A DNA stretch of 60,304 nt, the filler included, from Nemertoderma westbladi (taxonomy: Eukaryota; Animalia; Xenacoelomorpha): assembly GCA_032718475.1 (NCBI GenBank). It is 3 parts of 3 records of this genome, joined end to end, with 100 filler letters (N's around TTAATTAATTAA, not from the genome) between each part and the next. Parts side by side here need not be neighbours in the genome. Positions count along the whole stretch, not along the records: positions 1 to 24,379 come from JAUCBJ010006341.1; 2 more parts are not named here. One strand, given 5' to 3'. Below, piece after piece: positions 13,801 through 24,479 of the stretch. Each line of letters starts with the position of its first letter. Position 1 is the first letter of the stretch. Below the pieces are notes generated by a model. That model saw nothing but the letters and a program-made list of their open reading frames with translations, ran no database searches and had not been told where the DNA came from. A program made the translations under genes and the position numbers.

Positions 13801-16800
13801 TTATTAGTGAAGGTGAAGGAAATACTGTATTTTGTGGACAAATGATTTAGTTTTTAGTGGGAAATAAATTTGTTTTGTTTAATAATATGAAGAAAAAATT
13901 AATAATGTATGTCAACTTAGGATGTCGCCTTTTTCGGCGTAGCTTTTACACCTGAAATAAGTCGTCAGTCGTCAGACATTTTGTGTATGCGTAATCGAAT
14001 CCCTGGCTTATTGGAGAAGAACAAGTTTTTTCATAATTATTGTTTTCAAAGTGATGGCCTACCTACCTGTTGTTGTAGGGTTGGTCGGTCTTGCTGCCAT
14101 GATCTTGTGCTAGTCTCACTCGCACTTGCCAATGAATAAATAGGCCTACGTACTGACTCATATTCCTGTATTCTGTCTGAGAGTGCATTATTTTGAATTT
14201 TAAACTGAATATTGATGCAGGCCTATTTCAGTATTTGGAATGTACAGATGTAATTGACTGTGGACTGTAATAAACTTTGGTAATTTTGTTATTAATATGT
14301 GGTACGAATCGCTAGTTTCGGGCGGTTTAATGGTACTATTCGCTGCGATTCCCGGATATACAGTTAAGTATCTCTCCCATCCGCAGCGCCGGGGAGCTGG
14401 GATATTATCCGGAAACTACAACTACAAACCTATGAAACATTTGTTCACACAGACTCAAGCGCACCTCGCCTGGCGGGAGTATAGAACATTCGGCAAATCT
14501 GAACTTTGGTAATCCGATTGAACAGAAAACTGAGACCAGGAGACTTACCCATTCGATAAATTGATAACATTCATGTTAAACTGAGTTTATTCTGTTATTT
14601 CTGTATTTCCTGATTTCAGATTTTGTTTTAGTACCGGTACGTAGTTCTGTAGTTGTTAGGTTAGGTTAGACGGATAGGGTTTTGATATTTATTTTACACA
14701 GTTCTAGTTTCTAGTTAACCGCGATAATGCGAAGACGAGGGATTGGCGTGGCCGCGGTTAGTAAGAAAAAACTCGAGACTGCGAAATTCAAGGAGAAAGG
14801 AGTTGAAATCGCCGAGGATGAGTTGTCAACAATGTCGCAGAGTTTCGAGAAATTCCGCTCGCATCTCGAGACCTTCGCGCAGAAACACCGCAGCGAGATA
14901 AAGAAGAACGCGGAGTTCCGAACCCACTTCCAACGGATGTGCAGTGCGACGGGCGTCGATCCGTTGGCCAGCAGTAAAGGTTTCTGGTCCGAGTTGCTAG
15001 GTGTCGGAGACTTTTACTACGAGTTGGCCGTACAGATTGTAGAAGTCTGTCTGGCTACGCGGCCCACTAACGGCGGACTCATTAGTCTGGCGGAGTTGCG
15101 GGGCCTGTTGGCACGAGGTAATCGCGCCGAGGTCAGCCCCGACGATGTTCTCCGTGCCATCGGGAAGCTCAAGGTTCTGGGTAGCGGGTTCGCGGTCATA
15201 CAGACTGGCAGCGAGGCCCTGGTACAGTCAGTCCCCGGGGAGTTGAGCATGGACCATACCACGGTGCTGCACATGGCGCAGGAGACGGGAGGCTTCACTA
15301 CAGCCGGAGCGGTGAGGGATAAGTTGGGATGGGAGCCGGGTAGGGTCGATAATGTTCTGGAGTTTATGGTAAAGGAAGGTATGGTTTGGGTTGACAAGCC
15401 AGATGGTAAGGAGACCAAGTATTGGTTCCCGGGTATGTTCCATTGCATATAAGAACGTTCCATCGATCTTTACGTAATTTACCGGATAATTATATTAGTT
15501 TTAGTTAATTACAATAAATTATAGGTTCTGTTTGAGATTTTATAGTGAGATATTTAGTATAATAGTATCCGTAATATATATATATATAATGTCATATTGG
15601 ACATTTCATATAGAACTAAGTTTTATTTTTAAAACGCTAGGCTATTTACTCAAGCAGAGCCGGATTAATTGATACTCTGATAGTAGATCAGTGATATAGA
15701 AATGTTTAGATTCACATAATTATTAGCACTCACTCATTGCGATTGAGAACGAGAAGATTATTGCGTCTCGCTCTATTTACGTTTTTCCGGGCCAGACACG
15801 GGATTTCGTTTCATTTACATGCGGTCTGCTGATCGGTTGATTTTCCCCGGTAACAAGACCTTGTCTTTATTTATATACTGTACAGCTATTAGCTGATATT
15901 AGTACGTTTAAGCATTTATTATCAGATATGAGAACTATGTTTAATTATTTCAACGCACAAAGACCAAATATGATGGAAAAAACCCACTACTCGACTGACT
16001 AATTTATATACAGTGTTACTAAGCCACTAATTGACTTAATATTTATGAATATTTAAAACCATAATATTATAACTAGCGGTGGTAGCTGGCTGGTAGGTCC
16101 ACTCCTGTACTGCTTAGCAACAGCCTCAAATTTGCACTAATCTAAAATTAATAATAATTGTTGCTTTAAGATGTTTTATTGCAGCAGCTTGGTCAGTGGT
16201 GACATTCCTGGGCTTCCAATTAGGAAGCCTTGGTTCGATCCCTAGATGGGGCAGCACTGTTTAGGCACGGGACAGTGCTTTAAATGCTGCAGCCTAGCCC
16301 AACCCTGGCTTTCATCCTTCAGTGGTCGATAAATGGAAGCCAAGGCAACTTGGGAAACAGAGTGGAAGGATTTACTGTGGAAGATCACCCATGGCGGTGA
16401 ACAGGCATTCCTTTGCTTAACGGGCCTAAAAGATTCTCCCATTTATTAAGTTTTATTGTCACAAAATCAAATTACCATTACTCCCCGTTATGGAACCCGG
16501 ACTGATACCCAGTGTATCCCACTTCCCTTACTTGCTACGGAAACCCCCTTTAAGTGTATACGTCTAATATTGGAAGCATTATTATGAGCACGGAGATGAT
16601 TTAATTACTTTAAAACTGTTCTTTACAAGATACATTTCAATATGGCATGAAGTAAAAAAGTCTACAAATATAATATTATTGTCTAAGAATAATAAGTAGC
16701 GTGAGTCGTAGTGTAACCTGCACCAGCAATTTTATCTAATAATATCATTCTCTATGCTTTTCGTAGACATTTAAAACATTTTTTCGTTCATTACATACTT

Positions 16801-19800
16801 TATTTGGCTCTGGAAAATTTATATGTTATAAAATTTCAAATCGCTTTATCGCAATCTTAATTAAATATAATAGAATAGACACAAAATATGTACCACATAA
16901 AGTTAAATTATTTACCTTCTTACTAATTAATTGTAAAATTGATAATATTTGGGAAGCACATTTGTTGCCTTGTGTAGAGCTAAATAGACCCATCAATAAT
17001 GGGTTTATTGGGTCACCCACCTCACACTGGATTCATACCAGATATCCGTCGTAACTGTTCGAAAATAAAGAAAGTAATGAGAGTGTGTGGACCAATCCGC
17101 GCCCAGTTGGGTACGAAACCTTTATATAAACCAAACAGACCCTCGGATTGTACTGTCTTTACGAAACAATGAAACCCTGACTTATAGACCACGGCGGAGT
17201 GCGTACCCTTACGTTGCTTCATATAGCGCGTCTTAACTACGTCAATAGGACTGGTTGTTAAGGCGCACACCAAACCGGCCCACATGCTACAGACTACATG
17301 GAGGTAGGGGCCCTCGGTCATTAACCCGGCGTTGAGTAGGGTATGTTTCGTGTGGTCGTACGTCGGAATCTGCGTAGCGGTTAGAACGGCGGCCCGCTGC
17401 ACGGTGGGACCGATTCCTCGGTATAGAGAACGGATCCCGCCTTCCCGACTGTAGATCACGTAGAACGCATGGAAGGCGTTACGGTACGGTAACGGGGGGT
17501 CCCGCAACCCGTGGCTCTGGTAGCGAACCTTTACCAGGTCTGTGGGAGTCGCAATGCTACTACCGATAGCCCCCGAGGTGGCCCCGGCTACGAGTTTCTG
17601 CCACAACGGAGTGTGCGACACATCCTTGGCGCCTAAGAACCGTTTCAACGGCTCGTACGCACCGAGACGTATAGTAGTGTAGGAACTCTCTCTCATTAAG
17701 GAAGGCAGTAGACCTTTATAGAGGCCGGCCACACCCTCCTCGGCGACAATTCTACCGGCCCCGCGTAACATCCCCCGGTAGTACCGCTCTCCCATCGCGG
17801 TACGCACCCCGCCCTCCCGTTGCGCCGAAAGCTCGTTGTCCAACTGCATCCGAACTTTTATTACGTCGATCGGATTGGTTATGCACGCGGCGCACATCGC
17901 CGATGTTCCAGCCAATAGGAAGCGAGTAGCATCGCTGTCGCGTTGTTTGGGTGGCAACGGTTGTGAGGTACTGGTTGGGTCCGCAGAACTGCTGCCCATA
18001 TCCACTTGTATTTATTTATTTATTATTATTATATTGTGTACTACTGCTATTACTACTACTACTAGGTCGAGCGAACTCTGACAGTGGAAATTAGATCCTT
18101 CCAGGCTTCCCGATTTTCCATAGTTGTCACTTTTGTGTAAGGCAGATAAACTGGACATCATTTATCAACCTGTGACCAATGCATACTATCCAAGCCCATG
18201 CCATCGAGTTAACTGGGGGCGGTAACTGGGGGCAAGATTTTCTTAAGCTTTATAACAGAGATTTCCTTACGTTATTGCAATTTATAAATTAATTGGAGTT
18301 GAGCTGTTAATGCAACTGTAAATAAAGATGTAATATTATGGTTTTGTTCCGAAATGGAAAAAATGACAAAGCGCGTCACCGGGGGTTGAACCAGCGCTAT
18401 ACGTACTTTTCAGCCTATCAGGCCTCATCAGCAGCGCTAACCAGGTCAGCCACTTGCCCCTGACAATCATTCTCCCACCTAATCCATTTCCATTGAACAG
18501 GCAGTCTTAAGTTGCATATCTAGGAGAGTGAATGTCAGGGGTAAGTGGCTAGCTACTGATGAGGCCTGAGCGCTGGTTCAACCACCGGTGACGCGCTTTC
18601 TCATCATTTCCATTTCTGAACAAAACCATAATATAATATAATAACAGTTGCATTAACAGCTCAACTCCAATTCATTTATAAATTGTAATAACATAAGGAA
18701 ATCTCTGTTATAAAGCTTAAGAAAATCTTGCCCCCAGTTACCGCCCCCAGTTAACTCGATGGCATGGCCTTCGAGCCATGCCAAGGCTACGCCTTGCCGG
18801 TGACCCAGAATTTGCTTGCCATCAATGATAAGCTGATGGATGTCAGCTGATTGGTAGGGTTCGCACCACGTGCGTGCGGGCTTTATAGACTGTTAAATGT
18901 ATACCCGATACATCCCTACTAATCCTACTGGACATTAATTATAACTGTAAACAAAAAGTACTTAGTAATCATATTACCGGTGTCTGTATAATATAAGCAC
19001 GACATGCATGTTTACAAGGCGTCCATTAATTAATACTGATATTTATTATACTTAAGGATGCCTCACCTAACTACATTACTACAGTGTATGATGCCTAGTT
19101 TATTTTAATTGCTAGACCAATTCAAAGTTATGTATTAATTAACAATTAATTATACATATGACATAAGCTGACATACAATAATACAATACACCTATTAAAT
19201 GTGTATAAGATAGTCGGTAAATAATATAACAAACAAAACGGAGGAAAAATTATAAGTGAACATTGTCACACTAGGAAGAGGAACAACCTCATTCTTATCT
19301 TACAAACACCATTATGTTGTTACCATCCAATCTATGTACGCTATGCACACAGCACATTAAGTATTACATACGTCATACATACTATATGCTATCCCCATTT
19401 ATTTGTGAGTGAAGGATAACGTTAATCTCTGCTTAATGTTTATAATGGTAGGTAAGAGACACACGTTCGTAGGGCCTTCACGCAGCACGAGGGTCATTTA
19501 TGAGATTATTCTATCACAAAATCGGTAATTAAGAAATTTAACCAAACCAATAAATCATAGCGGAGGGTGGTGGTGTGGATGCATTGCCGTATTTACAGTA
19601 ATGTATAATATTTACATAGTGCACTGCTATATTTAATATTATTACAATGTTAAGCGGGTGGATTTTTTGGAATAAATTTTTTTGTTAAGGGTGGATTTTT
19701 AGCCAATTTGTTCAGTAGTTTTATTGACAATGATATTCTGAACAAGTGTACCAAATGTCGACTCATTTCAGTAAAAGTTCGCGGAGAAATAGCCTTTTTG

Positions 19801-19951
19801 TCAGAAAAAGACATCCTGCGAAAAAAGTGTTTAAAGTTTAAAACTAACTAACTAAGATGAAATCACCATTAAATTCGGTACCCCCCCCCCCCCCCCCCCC
19901 CCCCCCCCCGATCATAAAAATAAATATAATAATGGGGTACTCGTGCTAACC

Positions 19952-19990
<39 letters not shown>

Positions 19991-20544
19991 ACCCCCCATC
20001 TTAATCTAATTAGAAATCCTTTACAAATTGTTTTTAAAAAACAAAACTAATATAAGGGTGCATAGTAAAATCAATTAGGCACGAATTCTGTCTAACTTAC
20101 AAAATTTCTTAAATATCAAAATAAACTACCTACGTAATATGTAGTAAAAAGATCAAATCAATATAATTAATGTGTCTCCATAATTACGATTATATATTCT
20201 GGTCTGCGACATGTTGGTTCATGTTAAATTATTTAAATATAAAGATATGGGATTGGGATACTACGGTGGTAATTTTGGGCCACTTCGTTCTATGTATTTA
20301 TGTACAGAGGTTCATTGAGATTTTCCTTTCCAGTTTTCCGTGAATACGAAAAGCACAAAGTTGACTATTAGTTCTGCTTACCTTTAAGTAAAACCTCCGC
20401 GCATTCATGGCGTCCCTTAGACGCTGCCCAATGTAATGCTATTCGTCCATTACTGTCAACATCATTACAAACAACAGAATTACTCTTGATAATGTCCTTT
20501 AATTCAACTAATTTTCCATCATTTGCCAACTGAAATACGTCCAT
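7895..20544 (-). CDS. PSMD10: Gankyrin, 26S proteasome non-ATPase regulatory subunit 10; 3 coding exons, 225 aa
   Basis: Exons 20382-20544 ([19 protein letters not shown]...[22 protein letters not shown]), 8591-8812 ([16 protein letters not shown]...[10 protein letters not shown]) and 7895-8187 ([20 protein letters not shown]...[17 protein letters not shown]...NKEEQTPL). Both introns are phase-1 GT-AG and join in frame (163+222+293=678 nt). Motif order matches gankyrin. Confidence 0.92.
8306..8555. repeat. Dispersed ~250-bp repeat (MITE-like)
   Basis: Shares GACGCAAATAACAG...GGGATATTAATTC...TTTGCGTC blocks with 44150-44386. A reversed partial copy lies at about 36810-36960 and a fragment at about 46640-46740. 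Confidence 0.6.
10649..10930 (+). CDS. Rdx-family selenoprotein (SelW2/MIEN1-like), 93 aa, Sec at codon 12
   Basis: ATG at 10649 reads [14 protein letters not shown](10682-10684)[13 protein letters not shown]...[25 protein letters not shown]. This gives a CxxU motif plus the FEV and SKL..G.FP signatures of the Rdx family. The ORF track missed the N-terminus. Intronless. Confidence 0.93.
11849..11928 (+). promoter_or_regulatory. Eukaryotic SECIS element (type 2)
   Basis: ATATCC...ATGAC(11863)-GGTGAAAGT-AG-AAA-CAAC[AAAACAA]GTTG-GG-ACTTTAACC-CGAT(11908-11911)...GGATAT. It has the UGAN/NGAN core, helix II with one mismatch, unpaired AAA, an apical mini-stem and helix I. Confidence 0.85.
12405..12700 (+). 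repeat. Possible Helitron/Helentron-type non-autonomous repeat
   Basis: Contains a (CAGA)n microsatellite and a GC-rich end GGCTCGCCCCA that recurs in reverse at about 50037 and 56229. Family assignment is tentative. Confidence 0.3.
14297..14512 (+). CDS. NDUFA1: NADH dehydrogenase 1 alpha subcomplex subunit 1 (MWFE)-like, intronless
   Basis: 71 aa beginning MWYE, then one hydrophobic helix ending in IPG, and an L..RE.R motif near the C-terminus. The C-terminus is divergent. Confidence 0.75.
   Translation: MWYESLVSGGLMVLFAAIPGYTVKYLSHPQRRGAGILSGNYNYKPMKHLFTQTQAHLAWREYRTFGKSELW
14727..15452 (+). CDS. SNF8: ESCRT-II subunit SNF8/Vps22, intronless
   Basis: [67 protein letters not shown]. Confidence 0.97.
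   Translation: MRRRGIGVAAVSKKKLETAKFKEKGVEIAEDELSTMSQSFEKFRSHLETFAQKHRSEIKKNAEFRTHFQRMCSATGVDPLASSKGFWSELLGVGDFYYELAVQIVEVCLATRPTNGGLISLAELRGLLARGNRAEVSPDDVLRAIGKLKVLGSGFAVIQTGSEALVQSVPGELSMDHTTVLHMAQETGGFTTAGAVRDKLGWEPGRVDNVLEFMVKEGMVWVDKPDGKETKYWFPGMFHCI
16181..16450 (+). mobile_element. tRNA-derived SINE with Meta-domain-like core
   Basis: A box (TGGTCAGTGG), B box (GGTTCGATCC) and core CCCAACCCTGGCTTTCATCCTTCAGTGGTCGATAAATG resembling the MetaSINE domain. Its 3' part holds one copy of the 63-bp unit amplified at 37331-41490. Confidence 0.8.
17022..17999 (-). CDS. Mitochondrial carrier (SLC25; UCP/2-oxoglutarate-carrier-like, ucpB-type), intronless
   Basis: Three Px[DE]xxK[RT] signatures ([24 protein letters not shown]), GLYKG boxes and [10 protein letters not shown]. 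First ATG at 17999. Confidence 0.95.
   Translation of the reverse strand: MGSSSADPTSTSQPLPPKQRDSDATRFLLAGTSAMCAACITNPIDVIKVRMQLDNELSAQREGGVRTAMGERYYRGMLRGAGRIVAEEGVAGLYKGLLPSLMRESSYTTIRLGAYEPLKRFLGAKDVSHTPLWQKLVAGATSGAIGSSIATPTDLVKVRYQSHGLRDPPLPYRNAFHAFYVIYSREGGIRSLYRGIGPTVQRAAVLTATQIPTYDHTKHTLLNAGLMTEGPYLHVVCSMWAGLVCALTTSPIDVVKTRYMKQRKGTHSAVVYKSGFHCFVKTVQSEGLFGLYKGFVPNWARIGPHTLITFFIFEQLRRISGMNPV
18196..18767. mobile_element. ~570-bp foldback element whose arms contain a tRNA-like/hammerhead module
   Basis: CCATGCCATCGAGTTAACTGGGGGCGGTAACTGGGGG... at the left is mirrored at the right, with arms of about 230-270 bp. Related fragments lie at about 42655-42695 and 44585-44675. Confidence 0.85.
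18393..18438 (-). ncRNA. Minimal type I hammerhead ribozyme motif between Pol III A- and B-box-like sequences
   Basis: Minus strand reads AGCGCTG-CTGATGA-GGCCT(GAT)AGGCT-GAAA-AGTACG-TA-TAGCGCT: stem I 7 bp, stem II 5 bp, and a near-palindromic stem III with one mismatch. Flanked by TGGCTGACCTGG and GGTTCAACCCC. Confidence 0.75.
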
Positions 20545-21725
20545 TTCACCCTGATAAAAAGACCGTGAAATATGTTAGGAGTTAGCAATCATTAACATAA
20601 AATAAAGTAGCACTTTATAGAAAAACAGACTCTGACTGGCCGTGCGATGAGACAAGTATTGTACGCCTTAGAAGTTCTATCCTATCAAGTCCCGCAAAAT
20701 TTTGTGTGATTGCATGATTTCGAAAGCTGAGCTTGTTTGGTACAGGAATTACATTAGTCCGCCGCGAAGTCGGCGAGCTTAGCATGCGGGTCCCGTTATG
20801 CCCATCGAAGATTACTGGTCGGTATGTCTGTCTGTCTGCTAATGGTTGGAAGCTAATAAATACCTGTAGTTTACCGCAAGAGGGGTGAAATGGGAAATGT
20901 CTGAAAGGGGAAAAAACGCGTTATCTAGTCAACATATTATATCTTTATATAATACGCCCGATTTATCTATACAAGATAGTAGCTACTACATATCAAGTAC
21001 CGGTATCGGCGGTATGCATGAGGTTGCCTAGGCTTTTCTCATTAAAATATATGTTCCCTACCGCGAAATGTGTTTGATGCAAATAACAATGATTATTTAA
21101 CCCTATGAATCGCCCATTTGATTGCGGCCTAATGGAGCAGGAGGTTGAAATTAAAATAGAAATAGCTATCCGTCCTTAATACCAACAGAGCAAACTTACC
21201 TAGCACGACTGCACGATTTATTTGGCTCTTGGTTTACAAAAAAAACGCAGTACAGTAGTAAATAACAGTTCAACTCAAGAGTTAACACAACAACCTATTG
21301 GCGGTACCAATGCCAGATATAATCAAAATAATACTACAGTACAGCAGTATACAATACTGCAGTAGGTCCGTACGTCAGTACACACTTGCTCACTTCTTGT
21401 AAACAATATTATAACCACTCATATTATCTGGTATTGTATTACATTTTGAATTTCCCTCTCACACATATTTTACCTTGCAAATTGTGATGTTATTTGCCAG
21501 TAGTGTAAAGGCCTTCTTGCGATTTGGTAGTGGGACTTCTGGACTTGAGCGTCAACTGCAGTCGTGTTTTCGTGCAGTTAGATAGTGTGACAATCCGAGC
21601 TAGTTTTGTTAGTTTAATATTTGTTACACACACTGAAGCGCTTAGGCCTACATGCCGATCTTACAGCGTTTGTCAGTAGATAGATATATTTTTTTATACA
21701 TTATGTAAAAACAATAACAAATATA

Positions 21726-22591
21726 TGGGGCGCCGTTTGGGCCAAAAATAAAAAAAACATATTATATTAAAAAGTTATAATGGTATGTTTTTTATCTTGC
21801 CGTTTGGGCCAAAAGTTGTAATGGTATGTTTTTTTATCTTGCCGTTTGGGCCAAAAATAGCTGAGAGGGAAATTTGAATTATCACTTTCTATATACTGTA
21901 TTTAGCAATTGCAATTATCATCATACCTGTGAGCCTGTCTGCCTATACATGATTGTGGATTGTATTTACACACGGTGTACCGTATCGCTGTAGGAGTGGA
22001 CTTTAGGCTTACCTCCCGCTGTATGGCTGTATGGGCCTTGGCCTACCAGTACTCATATACTGTCACTGGGTAATGCTGTAATGCGTTAGGCTGTTAGGTA
22101 CAAATCAGTATACTTTAGGCCCTGTAGCATTACACATTGTGCTTGTGATAGGCCTACATCTTGTGGTCCACAATACTGCAATACTGAGGCATTAATGTCA
22201 GAATGTCATTTGTACCTAACAGCCTAACGCTACATTACAGCATTACGCAGTGACAGTATATGAGTACCGGTAGGCCAAGGCCCATACAGCGGGAGGTAAG
22301 CCTAAAGTCCACTCCTCCAGCGATACGGTACCGTGCTGCCGTGTGTAAATACAATCCACAATCATGTATAGGCAGACAGGCTCACAGGTATGATGATAAT
22401 TGCAATTGCTATAAATACAGTATATAGAAAGTGATAATTCAAATTTCCCTCTCAGCTATTTTTGGCCCAAACGGCAAGATAAAAAAACATACCATTACAA
22501 CTTTTGGCCCAAACGGCAAGATAAAAAAACATACCATTATAACTTTTTAATATAATATGTTTTTTTTATTTTTGGCCCAAACGGCGCCCCA
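21726..22591. mobile_element. ~870-bp palindromic MITE
   Basis: TGGGGCGCCGTTTGGGCCAAAAAT...ATTTTTGGCCCAAACGGCGCCCCA. Arms of about 390 bp are nearly identical. Flanked by TA on both sides. Confidence 0.85.
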
Positions 22592-22906
22592 TACAAATAC
22601 ACCAAACAATGTATATTGTCCAACATAACATATGGGATTACCCCTAAAGCTTTGCAGCTTATGTTTCTTGGTTATAAATCTAATATTACACTAACACTAC
22701 GCTAACCTAAAACAAATATAAAAGGTAATTACACTAAATACGTACAACTTTACCAACAGCGAGACAGCTCCAACTCAACGATAAAGATGTAACTACAGTA
22801 TGTACACACATAGGACTATACGTTGAAATTGACGTTGACAGCTCATTGGAGCAATGAGCTTTATACGTTGTGCTTTATCACTGATCGAGCAGTAATTATT
22901 AATTTA

Positions 22907-24049
22907 GGATCTAGGACACTTCCCCCCCAGTTAAAGTGTTGAAATTAATCTGGCTGCATCAAAGCAATAAACAAAAGTTAAAGATGGTTACAGGACAAGT
23001 TGTATCTAGACAAGTTTTTTCAAAATTATAAAAGAAACATTTTTATAGTCAAATTTTGTTTGTTTTTCTTTTAATTCCTTTAATTCTTTTAATTTCTTTT
23101 AATTGGGGGCTGCCGCCCCCAAACCCCCGCTTCTTTTGTTGGGGGCTACCGCCCCCAAACCCCCGCTTGTTTTCTTGGGGGCTGCCGCCCCAAACCCCCG
23201 CTTCTTTTATTGGGGGTTATCGCCCCCAAACCCCGGCATTTCCCTGAGTGCCCGTGGTGAAAGACTTAAGACCACTTTGAAATAATTAATTCATGTTTGT
23301 ATCATCAGATAATAAATTGACTAAGCCTAAAGTAGGAGCTGTATTGAATGTTAACCAAATTAATATATAAATTACTACAATATTATATAATTCAACAAAA
23401 TCCTATTAGAAATATTGCAAGTAACCAGGAAATTTAATATGTAGTGTGTATAATATCTATATAGTATGTATAGTAGTAATATGTATATCAATATGTAATG
23501 CTGAACACAGAATACAGGTCGACGCATGTCGATTTTACATCGAGAGGTATAATTTTGATTGCAAAAATAATAATCATCCCCATCTGCTACAATTTGAAGA
23601 AGACTATTACATAATAATACCTATAATTAAAACAATTAATTATTATAATTCTATAGTTAATAAAAACAGTATATCATTCCGGGGATGGAATTTATAGGTC
23701 ATCTAATATAATTAATTGTTTAAAGATTAGCAAACAATACGATGTAATTGCATTGATAAAACCCATAAATAAAACTTGGATATAAAATGTAAAATCGGGA
23801 TGCGAAAGATCACTTTCTGAGCTATGAAAGGAAAATTGGATACAACTTATCTGAATACAAGCAGTCCGTTTACCTTACAAAATGAAAATTCGAATGTGCG
23901 AAGTTAAGAACAGTCGGGGGGGGAAGAGTCCGCGGGGGGGAAGTGTCTGGGGGGGAAGTGTCCGGGGGGGGAAGTGTCCTACTTGAGCGGGGGGGAACTG
24001 TCCGGGGGGGGGGGGGGGGGAAGTGTCCGGGGGGAAGTGTCCGAACACC
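22907..24049. mobile_element. Non-autonomous Mutator-like (MULE) element
   Basis: 9-bp TSD ATTAATTTA (22898-22906, 24050-24058), GG...CC ends, and GGACACTTCCCC/GGGGAAGTGTCC inverted subterminal repeats. Confidence 0.75.
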
Positions 24050-24379
24050 ATTAATTTATTTATCAGGCTAGTATGTAAAGTAGGTACCTGAGCAATATAT
24101 TCATTTCATTGTTTTTTTTACTAAGTTATTTACATCATATAGCAGCATATTTATTTACTTACATAATTAATTCTTAGCGGTGTTTATTCGATATTTTTAG
24201 CAAATGTCAATGTGTGCGATGGACAGATGATACTTAGCTTTGTTATTTTGATTGAAATTGCTTATTCTTTTGTGCTCTATTTATTTATCATATTCTAAAA
24301 CTTTGTCAATAAATAATATATATATACAGTACAATTTATATAACGTAATTACACTTACTAAATAGTACAACTTTACCGA

Positions 24380-24479
24380 NNNNNNNNNNNNNNNNNNNNN
24401 NNNNNNNNNNNNNNNNNNNNNNNTTAATTAATTAANNNNNNNNNNNNNNNNNNNNNNNNNNNNNNNNNNNNNNNNNNNN
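24380..24479. other. Artificial contig linker
   Basis: N44-TTAATTAATTAA-N44, giving stops in all six frames. Confidence 0.97.

Noticed and set aside
24380-24479. TTAATTAATTAA inside N-runs (also 47330-47429) as a biological motif
   Set aside because: Identical 100-nt six-frame-stop linker added during contig concatenation.
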